Below are positions 55,434 to 63,444 of a DNA stretch of 64,000 nt, piece after piece. The stretch is from a virus. The position numbers and the translations under genes were made by a program. The DNA is taken from the IMG/VR virus record IMGVR_UViG_3300047509_000156, positions 32,001 to 96,000 of that record, one strand, 5' to 3'. Position 1 is the first letter of the stretch. Every line of letters begins with the position of its first letter. Below the pieces are notes generated by a model. It was not told the DNA's origin. It made no database searches and saw only the letters and a list, made by a program, of their open reading frames with translations.

Positions 55434-56252
55434 CTACGCCGTGGCGATAGAGAGCGGCTTCTCTTCACCGGGAATCGGGAACAGTTCCTGGTCGGTCGTC
55501 ACCAGTTTGGTGAGCCTCTTCTGCTCCAGAAAAGCGACGAGTGCCGCCTCAGCCTGGCGGTAAAGTTCTCGCCGCGACCCTGATTGTTCTGGTAGGACTT
55601 CAAGGACGAAGTTTCTCAGGAGGATCGCCGCCTCGTCACCGGGGACCATCATGCCACTCTGGAGAACTTCGCCGAAGCGTTCCAGCATCTTCTTCTTGGC
55701 CTTGCCGATGGCAGCGCGGACCACGACGGCGCGAATCGAAGAAGAAACGAACTTGCCGCTGGGAAGAATCTTGTGCGCCAGTGATACCTGCTCGCCGTAA
55801 GTCTGCATGAACTCGTCCACTTCCTTGTCTGAGATCGCACAGAATCCCTTCATGGCCGGGCCGTAGAGGAGTCTGCGAACAGTGGGGCCACAGCCGCGCG
55901 GCCAGTCCTTGTCGGCGATGCGGAAGTTGTCGTCCGTCGAACGTCTCTGGCAGCCGTCGAGAACGAGGAAAGAATCCTTGGGCAGGCCGTGCATGACGAC
56001 CGAGTCGAAGGAGACGCCAGCTCGGGAGCAGGCAGTCAGTCGTTTCTTGCCGTTGATCAGGTTGTGGTCCACGCCGAAGGAGATGGCCTGGTCGGACAAC
56101 TCCCATCGGCCGTTCTCCATGTCGGACTGGTACTGCGCCACCTTGCCCTCGTTGAGCCGGCGGTTGCGCGGATGGTCCCGCGTCAGCCAGTTCTCGGCCA
56201 TCTGTGGGGTGATGGTCATGATCTCTACCGTTGGTTGCTGCCGTCGCGTCAT
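55434..56252 (-). CDS. ParB/DndB-like domain protein
   Basis: ITPQMAENWL, NRRL, DM..GRW, INGKKRL (DGQHRL variant). Confidence 0.7.
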   Translation of the reverse strand: MTRRQQPTVEIMTITPQMAENWLTRDHPRNRRLNEGKVAQYQSDMENGRWELSDQAISFGVDHNLINGKKRLTACSRAGVSFDSVVMHGLPKDSFLVLDGCQRRSTDDNFRIADKDWPRGCGPTVRRLLYGPAMKGFCAISDKEVDEFMQTYGEQVSLAHKILPSGKFVSSSIRAVVVRAAIGKAKKKMLERFGEVLQSGMMVPGDEAAILLRNFVLEVLPEQSGSRRELYRQAEAALVAFLEQKRLTKLVTTDQELFPIPGEEKPLSIATA

Positions 56253-56303
56253 AGCGGGTTCTCCTGGGAAAAACGGTTGCCTTGTTCTCTCTCGACGTTA
56301 TAC

Positions 56304-56387
56304 TATACGCAGTTGTCTCCTTCTTGTGACAGAGAGATCGGTAGAATCCAGAGAATATCGGTCACAGTCCGGATGAATCGGCGTATA
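56304..56387. promoter_or_regulatory. Divergent pair of GTCACA-N15-CGTATA motifs (56304-56330 minus; 56361-56387 plus)
   Basis: Two exact copies at the strand switch. Confidence 0.85.
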
Positions 56388-56399
56388 TCAAGTGTCGCC

Positions 56400-56436
56400 A
56401 TTTTCCCCCGGCCAAAATCCGGGGGCGGATTGAAAC
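56400..56436 (+). CRISPR. Solitary CRISPR-repeat-like unit D
   Basis: ATTTTCCCCCGGCCAAAATCCGGGGGCGGATTGAAAC, perfect 7-bp stem, 37 nt, in 5' UTR. Confidence 0.7.
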
Positions 56437-56458
56437 AAGAGAGAAAGGACGGTGAAAC

Positions 56459-57065
56459 GTGGAGACGGCAGAACCCAAGGAATCCTGGCGGATTGTCTGG
56501 CGAGCGGCGGCGGATTTGATCTCTCTGGAGGAACTGCAATTTATTCAGGTGACATTGGCGAGCGATGATCCGAGATGGGTCCAGGGCGCCACGACCAGTC
56601 CTCCCCCCTTTGCAGGCTGTGGCAGATTGGCCCGTGGAAGCCGCCTGTCTGTTCGGCCTATGTGGAGTGTTCAGCGGCGGCGGTTGGGGAGAGGCAATCG
56701 TCTCGGACACTGAGGATCGGTTTGCGAGACTCTGTTTCGACGTGGACCAGAAACTAGGCGAGCCTGCCGGCGTGAGATTTTTGCTCAACTGGCATGATGA
56801 GGCGCCCCGTGAGGAGGTCCGCCAGTCCTTACTCACAGAGATTACGGACGCCATCTCCTCCCGACTGTCCTCCCTCCGCGACCGTCTCGCCAATCTGGGC
56901 GGGCAGCGTATCCTCGCCGAGGTGGAGTTGCAGGACTTCCTCGCGGAAGGTGACACGGGACTCTCGCCGGACCCGTCCCGTGGCAAGGCGGCACAGGAAC
57001 GCCTCGACACCATCAACGCCGAGTACGCACAGGTGCGCGAGGAATACGCTAGGGCTACGGCGTGA
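56459..57065 (+). pseudogene. Gemmataceae-type conserved protein split by a +1 frameshift
   Basis: ESWRIVWR...QGATTSPPP | LQAVADWPVEAAC...LGEPA..RFLLNW. Confidence 0.6.
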
Positions 57066-57071
57066 ATTGTT

Positions 57072-57098
57072 GTCACAACTACGAGAATATGCCGTATA
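57072..57098 (+). promoter_or_regulatory. GTCACA-N15-CGTATA motif
   Basis: Exact motif. Confidence 0.8.
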
Positions 57099-57133
57099 TC
57101 AGGGTGTCGCCCGGAAGCGTAAGGAGAAGAACC

Positions 57134-57406
57134 GTGAGCAAGAAGACAGCGAAAGGTGTTCGCTCAAAGGTAACTCTCTACATCGACAGCGGCGCCGTGC
57201 AGGTCTTTGCTGGACAGTTGCATCCCGCCGTGTTCACCGAGGAGGAAGCCTGCCGCATTCTCCTAGCGCATAAGGATCTCCTTGCCGCGTGTCGCAGCGC
57301 CCTGACACTCGTTGCCACAATGCAGAGTATGCCGCCGTCTGTGGATTGCATTGAGAGCGTTCTCGAGCAACTCGAATCCGCCATCGCCAAGGGAGAATCG
57401 CCGTGA
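57134..57406 (+). CDS. Hypothetical protein
   Basis: AAGGAG RBS; DLLAAC...AIAK. Confidence 0.6.
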   Translation: MSKKTAKGVRSKVTLYIDSGAVQVFAGQLHPAVFTEEEACRILLAHKDLLAACRSALTLVATMQSMPPSVDCIESVLEQLESAIAKGESP

Positions 57407-57627
57407 TCCAGACTGTGAATAAACTTGTCGGCAAGATCGCCGCCCGTGCCGCCGAGTTGGCCAACATGAAAATCAACCGGCTCCGTCTGGAGGCACCAGC
57501 CTACGAGGAGAGCGTCGCTGCTCATTTGAGGATCGCCAAGTTGGATTTCCCTGACCGAGGAAGACTCATCGAGGCGATTCTTCTGGAGGAGTTCAGCGAG
57601 GAGTTTGATCGGAGTATTGATCCATGA
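57403..57627 (+). CDS. Hypothetical protein
   Basis: Coupled ORF. Confidence 0.55.
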   Translation: MIQTVNKLVGKIAARAAELANMKINRLRLEAPAYEESVAAHLRIAKLDFPDRGRLIEAILLEEFSEEFDRSIDP

Positions 57628-57935
57628 CACCCACCACCCCCATCCGTGGCCTCCACGATGTCACGCGAATCGCCAGTGGCTACGGCATCCCCTGGCAGGT
57701 CGCCCTGACGCCCGAATGTTTCGAGAGGTGTATTCGCGTCGGCGTCTTCTGGAGCAAAGAAGAGGACCGCCTCGCCGACGTGATTTACGCCCTTGCCGTC
57801 GCCCTGAGAAGCTGCCGCTGGTGCTGGCGTATCTACGTACCCTCGGGGACACGAGTTCCCGACGTGGTTAAACTGCGGGCACGGCGGGAGGAGAATAACG
57901 AGGAAGTACGAATTATCGTGGACCTGGAGGAGTGA
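57624..57935 (+). CDS. Hypothetical protein (DUF6573-like)
   Basis: DVT..A..YGI...VALT....ERCI...RL.DV. Confidence 0.55.
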   Translation: MTPTTPIRGLHDVTRIASGYGIPWQVALTPECFERCIRVGVFWSKEEDRLADVIYALAVALRSCRWCWRIYVPSGTRVPDVVKLRARREENNEEVRIIVDLEE

Positions 57936-58133
57936 TGAACAAATACGAACTGGCAGCCAAGATCGGCGATCTGGCTGAAGAGGCTGGAGAATCCTACGCC
58001 GCCGTTGTCCTGCTCGCCCTGGCCGGAGCGGTAATGATTGGACTGGAGAGAGAGTTGGCCGATGTTTGTGTTCTCGTCTCGCAGAGACAGAAGGATTTCT
58101 GCGACAGAAGTCTCAAGGCAAAGGATAACTAGC

Positions 58134-58622
58134 ATGGGAGACCGTAGCCGCTTCCGACTGTTCGCTCAACTGATCGCCGAGAGGTTCCCTGACCGCAAGG
58201 CGCGAATCGCCGACGTGGCCTGTGGCAAGGGGCAACTGCACAGTGAGTTGCACCTCCTGGGTTATCGCAACGTCGTCTCCTGGGACAAGCGGAAGAGGAA
58301 CCTGCGGCGACTTTCAGTGGGATTCCGCTACGAGTGGTTCGACTACCGAAACGCTCCCAGGGGTTACGATCTGGTGGTTGGGATGCACCCCGACGAGGGC
58401 ACGGACCACATAATCCTGTACGCCGCCAAGCACAAGGTTCCTTTCCTCGTCTGCCCCTGCTGTGTGCTTCCAAGTGCTGCGGAGTACGGCGGGCAGCGTG
58501 CCTGCTACACGGACTGGATGCGTCATCTCGTCGGTTTGGCACGTTCCCGAAGGATGACGACCGACACCGTATCTTTGCCGATGGATGGACGAAAACAGGT
58601 AATCGTGGGAGGCTGTCGATGA
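58134..58622 (+). CDS. Class I SAM-dependent methyltransferase
   Basis: IADVACGKG, VVGMHPDEGT, VCPCC. Confidence 0.8.
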   Translation: MGDRSRFRLFAQLIAERFPDRKARIADVACGKGQLHSELHLLGYRNVVSWDKRKRNLRRLSVGFRYEWFDYRNAPRGYDLVVGMHPDEGTDHIILYAAKHKVPFLVCPCCVLPSAAEYGGQRACYTDWMRHLVGLARSRRMTTDTVSLPMDGRKQVIVGGCR

Positions 58623-58954
58623 GCGTCATGAACCTGCGCTGGCGTTCCGATTCCAAGGTGGAACTGACCCTGTGCTGGCCGGACGGTCGCAGTTTCGTTA
58701 CCGTTGCCACGAGAAACGGTGATCACATTGACATCGACACGCCTTATTTCCCCGACAAAGGCGACATCGATTCAGTCGAGGCGATACGCGACGTGACGCA
58801 GTGGTTGGCGCTGGGAGCCTGCTGTGCCCAGATGCTTGTCGGGTTCGACCACGCCACACTGGAAGATCTCGTCGCCGGCAGGAAGATGCTCCAGATTCCC
58901 AACCCGATCATCTCCATCACAATCGGGGTGGTGGACGCTGTGGAGGATAAGTAA
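58619..58954 (+). CDS. Hypothetical protein
   Basis: Coupled ORF. Confidence 0.55.
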   Translation: MSVMNLRWRSDSKVELTLCWPDGRSFVTVATRNGDHIDIDTPYFPDKGDIDSVEAIRDVTQWLALGACCAQMLVGFDHATLEDLVAGRKMLQIPNPIISITIGVVDAVEDK

Positions 58955-59454
58955 TGTCAGAACGATTCATGACGCCCGAGAACGGGCTTTGCTCCTTTTT
59001 GCCGAAACGAAACGATTTGAGGTATTTAAGAGTAAAAAAGGAGCAAAGCCCCGAGAACGCCGACGCCTTCGTGGATTTTCCGCCCGCCCGCAAGGAATGC
59101 CCGAATCATCTTCCCGATGGGAGGCTTTGTGCCCGCTGCCACGGTTTCGGCGGCTGGAACCTGGAATTGAACGCCTACCCGAAAACGAAGGAGCAAGAAG
59201 ATGCGATCCGCGACAACCTTCGCAGGTGTCCGGTGACGAACCTGCCCGGTCCCGACATGACGAACGCCGAGTTCCGGCATCACTATGTCCACTTCCGCGC
59301 CAGTTGCTCCAACTGCAACGGCTGGGGTTGGGTCAAGAAGGAACAGGGCGATCATGTCCACGAGTGGGTGGAGAGCCGCAATGTGGGGAAATGCCTGAAC
59401 GAGTACACCTGTAAGACGTGCGGTGAAAGGCAGACGGTGGATTCGTCGGACTAG
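58954..59454 (+). CDS. Zn-finger protein
   Basis: CARCHGFGGW, CSNCNGWGWV, CKTCG..VDSSD. Confidence 0.7.
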   Translation: MSERFMTPENGLCSFLPKRNDLRYLRVKKEQSPENADAFVDFPPARKECPNHLPDGRLCARCHGFGGWNLELNAYPKTKEQEDAIRDNLRRCPVTNLPGPDMTNAEFRHHYVHFRASCSNCNGWGWVKKEQGDHVHEWVESRNVGKCLNEYTCKTCGERQTVDSSD

Positions 59455-59837
59455 CGGATGGTATTGCGCCCGGCCTGCTGGTCGGGTGTGGATTGAAACG
59501 CCTGAAGCGCCATGATCTCCTGTTGCTTCCTCTCGATCTCCCTGGCCTTCTCCTCGCTCTTGCGGAGTTCCGCTGCCTCGATGGCGGCGGCCAGGTCATC
59601 GGCACAGTGCCCGATCAGTGCCTTGGCCTGGTCGATCGACAGGGTGATCTCTTCGTGGGTCGCCGTGGGTGTCGGTCCGGAGTGGTGCATAAGAGGAGGA
59701 AGGGGCCGGCGGATCTTGATGGACGTACCGGAGGCGAGGATCAAGATGGCGTCGGGAGGGAGGGCTTTCTTGGCCATGTGGGACAACCTTACGGGTGGGG
59801 GCGGAATCGGCTCTGGGAGGCGGTAAACGTGGTTCAT
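59451..59837 (-). CDS. Hypothetical protein
   Basis: Coupled ORF. Confidence 0.55.
   Translation of the reverse strand: MNHVYRLPEPIPPPPVRLSHMAKKALPPDAILILASGTSIKIRRPLPPLMHHSGPTPTATHEEITLSIDQAKALIGHCADDLAAAIEAAELRKSEEKAREIERKQQEIMALQAFQSTPDQQAGRNTIR
59463..59499 (+). CRISPR. Solitary CRISPR-repeat-like unit E (type I-C-like)
   Basis: ATTGCGCCCGGCCTGCTGGTCGGGTGTGGATTGAAAC, 10-bp stem with G-U pairs, 8 nt after a stop codon. Confidence 0.75.
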
Positions 59838-60034
59838 TCCTTCGGCTTCATGATGTCGGCGTACATGGACTTGGCGTCCTCGTTGAGGGAGTCGGCCAGT
59901 GACTTACCGCCCTCGGCGCGACGCTGCTCGGAGTATCCAATTGCAACTGCTTGTGCTTCTGGTTTTCCCGCCCGGCGTTCCGTGGCGATGTTCTCGGATC
60001 GTGCTTCGTCCGAAGGGGAATGGTTAAGCGGCAT
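59834..60034 (-). CDS. Small phage protein (MPL...SENI...GKP..QAVAI type)
   Basis: Motif I recognise from phage head-gene neighbourhoods. Confidence 0.6.
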   Translation of the reverse strand: MPLNHSPSDEARSENIATERRAGKPEAQAVAIGYSEQRRAEGGKSLADSLNEDAKSMYADIMKPKE

Positions 60035-60383
60035 GGCTGGCTCCCTCTTTCTCTGGGGCGACGACGGCGAGCAGGTGGCTCTCCGGCATGATAACCAATG
60101 TTTTGCCGTTATGCTCAACCTCGGAGCCCTGGTAGCGCGGGTAAAGGACGGTGTCGCCGACCTTAACCGTCAGAGGGTAGCGGCCTTCCGTCGCGTATCG
60201 CGTCTGGGTCTTGGCGGAGAGCATCTCGGGCACTACGAGTCCTGGCCCAACAGCAACCACGGTGCCGCGCTGCGGCTTATCCTTGGCCGTATCAGGGATG
60301 TACAGACCGCTCTTGGTCCGGTCGGGTGCCTCCAGAGGATCGATGACAACGCGGTCGTTCAGAGGAGAGATCGGGTAACTCAT
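60024..60383 (-). CDS. groES: Co-chaperonin GroES
   Basis: PLNDRVV, TKSGLYIPDTAKDKPQRGTVVAVGPG, VKVGD.VLY..Y.G.E. Confidence 0.95.
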   Translation of the reverse strand: MSYPISPLNDRVVIDPLEAPDRTKSGLYIPDTAKDKPQRGTVVAVGPGLVVPEMLSAKTQTRYATEGRYPLTVKVGDTVLYPRYQGSEVEHNGKTLVIMPESHLLAVVAPEKEGASHAA

Positions 60384-60404
60384 GGAATTACTCCTGGTTT
60401 CGTG

Positions 60405-60431
60405 GTCACAGGTTACTACGAGTAGCGTATA
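60405..60431 (+). promoter_or_regulatory. GTCACA-N15-CGTATA motif
   Basis: Exact motif at strand switch. Confidence 0.8.
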
Positions 60432-60465
60432 TGACTCGTCGCCCGTCAGCAACACGGAGAGAAAG

Positions 60466-60851
60466 ATGAATCACATTGAAGCCTTGCGGAATCTCCAGCA
60501 GGAGACTGGGCACCCCGGTCACGAACTGGGTACGTTCCTGCTCCAGAACAGCAACTCGCTGCCTTACCTCGCGGAGCAGTTGAAGTTTCAATCCCCTCCT
60601 TCGCGGGGCACTTCTGCGGACTCAAGGAGAAGAACGATCTGGACGCACACCGCTGGCGCGATTACGAATTGGTGGAAGTCGGATGGATTAACGGCGTGAA
60701 TCCGAAGACGGCCCGCTCGCTTGTTGAGGCCGGCGTTCTGGTCGAGGACATGCCTTTCGATATGGACGCGAACACCAACTCCCATGTTCGCCTACCACGG
60801 CTGGAAGAGGTGTATCCGAGAATCGGCAAGCCGCTGATCGATGTTCTTTGA
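60466..60851 (+). pseudogene. Hypothetical gene apparently frameshifted at a CRISPR-repeat-like insert
   Basis: Two ORFs join in frame if 41 nt containing unit F are removed. Confidence 0.4.
60585..60621 (-). CRISPR. Solitary CRISPR-repeat-like unit F (type III/I-D-like)
   Basis: GTCCGCAGAAGTGCCCCGCGAAGGAGGGGATTGAAAC, 37 nt, GT start, CCCC/GGGG stem next to handle. Confidence 0.7.
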
Positions 60852-61157
60852 CTACGGCAGACGAATCTGCCCGCCCAGTAATCGCCTCAAGGCGTGAATA
60901 ATCTCTGCCCGCCGGGAACGCCGGTTCTCGGCAGCCCTGGCGTCCACCCGCGATAAGAAAGCGAGGCTTATACTTCTGAACGTGCATCCCAGCAGTCCCT
61001 CATTCTCCTCGCTGTCGAGGTCCACGACGGACAGCGGCGGCCGGTCGAGGTGGGACGCGACGGCAGCGAGGACGACGGCCTTGCGGGTTCTTCCCAGCCG
61101 GGCCGCTTCCCGATCAAGGCCGGCGACGATCCAGGAGGGGATCTCGACATAGAGCAT
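60852..61157 (-). CDS. Tandem ribbon-helix-helix regulator
   Basis: LDREAARLGRTRKAVV and VDARAAENRRSRRAEI. Confidence 0.65.
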   Translation of the reverse strand: MLYVEIPSWIVAGLDREAARLGRTRKAVVLAAVASHLDRPPLSVVDLDSEENEGLLGCTFRSISLAFLSRVDARAAENRRSRRAEIIHALRRLLGGQIRLP

Positions 61158-61292
61158 CTTCAGGCAGGCTTCGCGTTGCATGAGTCCAGCATATACAAAG
61201 CGCCCGAACCCAAGAAGGAGAAATACCAATGACAGCGACTCAGAAGATCCAGCGATTTCGCTCAAGATTGCCCTCAAAGAAGCCAAATAGCC

Positions 61293-61670
61293 ATGACCAT
61301 TACTGACCTGGAAAACCTGCTCGCCCTGGTCCTAGCGGACGGACCCGGCGCCGACGTGCAATTGATCGCTGCCGACGCGGCAGAGGACGCCGACCGTCCC
61401 TTCCTGGCTGAATGTCTGCGCTGGATGCACGCCGGCAAGAAGTGGCCAGATCATGGTGAACATTTGCCAGATGGAGCAACGTGGAGGTGGTATGAAAGCA
61501 GCGATCACCCCGAATCGTCGCGTCTCCCACAATGCGAGGGAGAGTTTGTTAAGTTCTGGCGTTCTTGGAAATGGCATGATTCGGTTGCTACTGCTATCCG
61601 TACCTTGTGGAGCGATTGGGAGACTGCCCGCAGGAGCGGATGGCAGCCGGAAAACCTGTCACAACCCTGA
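61293..61670 (+). CDS. TIGR02996-like N-terminal motif protein
   Basis: LLALVLADGPGADVQLIAADAAEDADRPFLAECLRW. Confidence 0.6.
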   Translation: MTITDLENLLALVLADGPGADVQLIAADAAEDADRPFLAECLRWMHAGKKWPDHGEHLPDGATWRWYESSDHPESSRLPQCEGEFVKFWRSWKWHDSVATAIRTLWSDWETARRSGWQPENLSQP

Positions 61671-61684
61671 CCTTACGACGTATC
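61658..61684 (+). promoter_or_regulatory. GTCACA-N15-CGTATC motif
   Basis: One mismatch, same spacing. Confidence 0.7.
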
Positions 61685-61725
61685 TCTAATATCGCCCCTA
61701 ACCCGCCAAGAGGAGGGATGAGACG

Positions 61726-62025
61726 ATGACACCCACAGTTACGCGACAGACGATCCTGATTCGGCCGGTCGGCGGTAGTGACGACACCGGCACCTGGGAC
61801 GAGTTCCCGCTGGACGACCAGGCCGAGGCTCGCGTGTTGGATCGCTGGCCGGATGCCGAGATCCGGGGACAGGTCGCCATCAGCCGCGCGACCTACAAAC
61901 AGGCTCCTTCGGTGATCGGTGCAGACCTGACACCGATCTGCCGCCAGCAGGTGGAGGGAGAGATCCGGTCGCGCATGAGTCAGCATCCGGTACAGGTCGC
62001 GTCGATCCGTAGCTACTACGTCTGA
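61726..62025 (+). CDS. Hypothetical protein
   Basis: GGAGG RBS. Confidence 0.6.
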   Translation: MTPTVTRQTILIRPVGGSDDTGTWDEFPLDDQAEARVLDRWPDAEIRGQVAISRATYKQAPSVIGADLTPICRQQVEGEIRSRMSQHPVQVASIRSYYV

Positions 62026-62089
62026 CCCCCACCCCCTCCGGCCAGCGGCACCGGCGGGGATAACGAGGCCGCTGAGGGAGGGGTGGGAG

Positions 62090-62329
62090 ATGGAAAAGTC
62101 AACGCAGTGTATGCACGGCCGTGCATATTGGTCACAGGGAGGGTGCGTAGTTCGCTCAATGCACTCTGAATCGAAAAGCGTGTACGAGTTCACCTTCGCT
62201 TCGGAAGCGGAGGCTCAACAGGCTGTCGAATCCAGGGGCCCCTATTCGACCTGGGGTGCATCGGCATTCACTGATGCACACGACGGAGGCAGGGGGCCGC
62301 GTCCGCTTCGCGTCGAAAAGGTCAGCTAA
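62090..62329 (+). CDS. Hypothetical protein
   Basis: ORF in plus-strand run. Confidence 0.5.
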   Translation: MEKSTQCMHGRAYWSQGGCVVRSMHSESKSVYEFTFASEAEAQQAVESRGPYSTWGASAFTDAHDGGRGPRPLRVEKVS

Positions 62330-62376
62330 CCCCGCCCCTCGCCCCCGTGCGGCCTGGCCGCTGAGGAGGATCACCC

Positions 62377-62574
62377 GTGAAACTCACCATGCGACTCTTG
62401 GAGGCGATCATCGAAATGGCGACTTGTGTCGAGGCCGGTAGCGTCGATGACTACCGTGGTGGTTCGGAGTCCGTGGCTGACCGCAAGGCATACGAGGACG
62501 CAATCGACGCCGGTCTGTGGGCACGGCAGGAGAAGCGTCGGCGCGGGCAGCGAAGGATGGAGGCTCACCGATGA
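62377..62574 (+). CDS. Hypothetical protein
   Basis: GAGGAGG RBS. Confidence 0.55.
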   Translation: MKLTMRLLEAIIEMATCVEAGSVDDYRGGSESVADRKAYEDAIDAGLWARQEKRRRGQRRMEAHR

Positions 62575-62831
62575 AGGAACTCAGTCTCAGACAGGCCCAG
62601 CGCTGCGAGGAAGCCCGCGAGCCGGTATGCAAGTGCCGGTGCGGTGGGAGACTGCACGGCGCCAAGAGGAACGGCGGCAGCGCGTCCTTCTTTGGCGAAC
62701 TGCCCGAGGACGACCCGCACCATGTTGACACGCCCGCGCAAAAGCGCGAGAAGCGTAATGCGAAGAAGCGAGCGGAGACGGAAGCGCGATTTGAGGCGCG
62801 CATGAAGTACCTGGGAGGACTGACCAGTTAA
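62571..62831 (+). CDS. Small Cys-rich protein
   Basis: CEEA....CKCRCGG.LHG. Confidence 0.65.
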   Translation: MKELSLRQAQRCEEAREPVCKCRCGGRLHGAKRNGGSASFFGELPEDDPHHVDTPAQKREKRNAKKRAETEARFEARMKYLGGLTS

Positions 62832-63123
62832 GGAGCTGCTTGACCTTGCCTCGTGGATCTCCCGCCACCCGCGATTCAGGAGCCTCTTGCGGTTCCTGCC
62901 GGGTGGGGGATTTGTGCGGATCACCGCCGGCCGTAATTGGCTGGACGTGGCAGATGCGGCCGGGGTGTTGCGGAGTGTGCTGATAAGCCGTACAGCCCGA
63001 TCGCGCATCGCCCGCCTCTTCGAGAGCGAAGACTTGGGACCATCAACCCTCGCCGCCGCCACCCACGCCCTTCGCCAGCGTGCGGCACAGCTGCGACGTA
63101 GGTATCCCGAGGGGTAATTTTCT

Positions 63124-63150
63124 GTCACAACGGCAGCGTTCGACCGTATA
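63124..63150 (+). promoter_or_regulatory. GTCACA-N15-CGTATA motif
   Basis: Exact motif. Confidence 0.8.
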
Positions 63151-63186
63151 TCTGATCGTCGCCCTACCCGCCAAGGAGATAGAACA

Positions 63187-63414
63187 GTGGAGAATCACAG
63201 CAAATTCCTCGCCCGTGCCCTGTACTGGAGCGAGGGAAACAAGGAATTCCGCCGGCAGAATCAGTTCTGGGACTGGCGCCTTTCCGCCTGCCCGTATCCT
63301 GTCCTCTCGGAAGCCTGGGAGTGCTGGCGTACCGGCTGGCTCGCAGGGATGGAGGAAGCCAGGGGTGAGCGGTATAGCGATACACCGGATGGGGACGGCG
63401 ACGTTCCTTTTTGA
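63187..63414 (+). CDS. Rmf/CrpP-fold-like protein
   Basis: W.EG...ACPY......CWRTGW. Confidence 0.5.
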   Translation: MENHSKFLARALYWSEGNKEFRRQNQFWDWRLSACPYPVLSEAWECWRTGWLAGMEEARGERYSDTPDGDGDVPF

Positions 63415-63417
63415 TCG

Positions 63418-63444
63418 GTCACAATCGCCCGATGGTTGCGTATA
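63418..63444 (+). promoter_or_regulatory. GTCACA-N15-CGTATA motif
   Basis: Exact motif. Confidence 0.8.
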
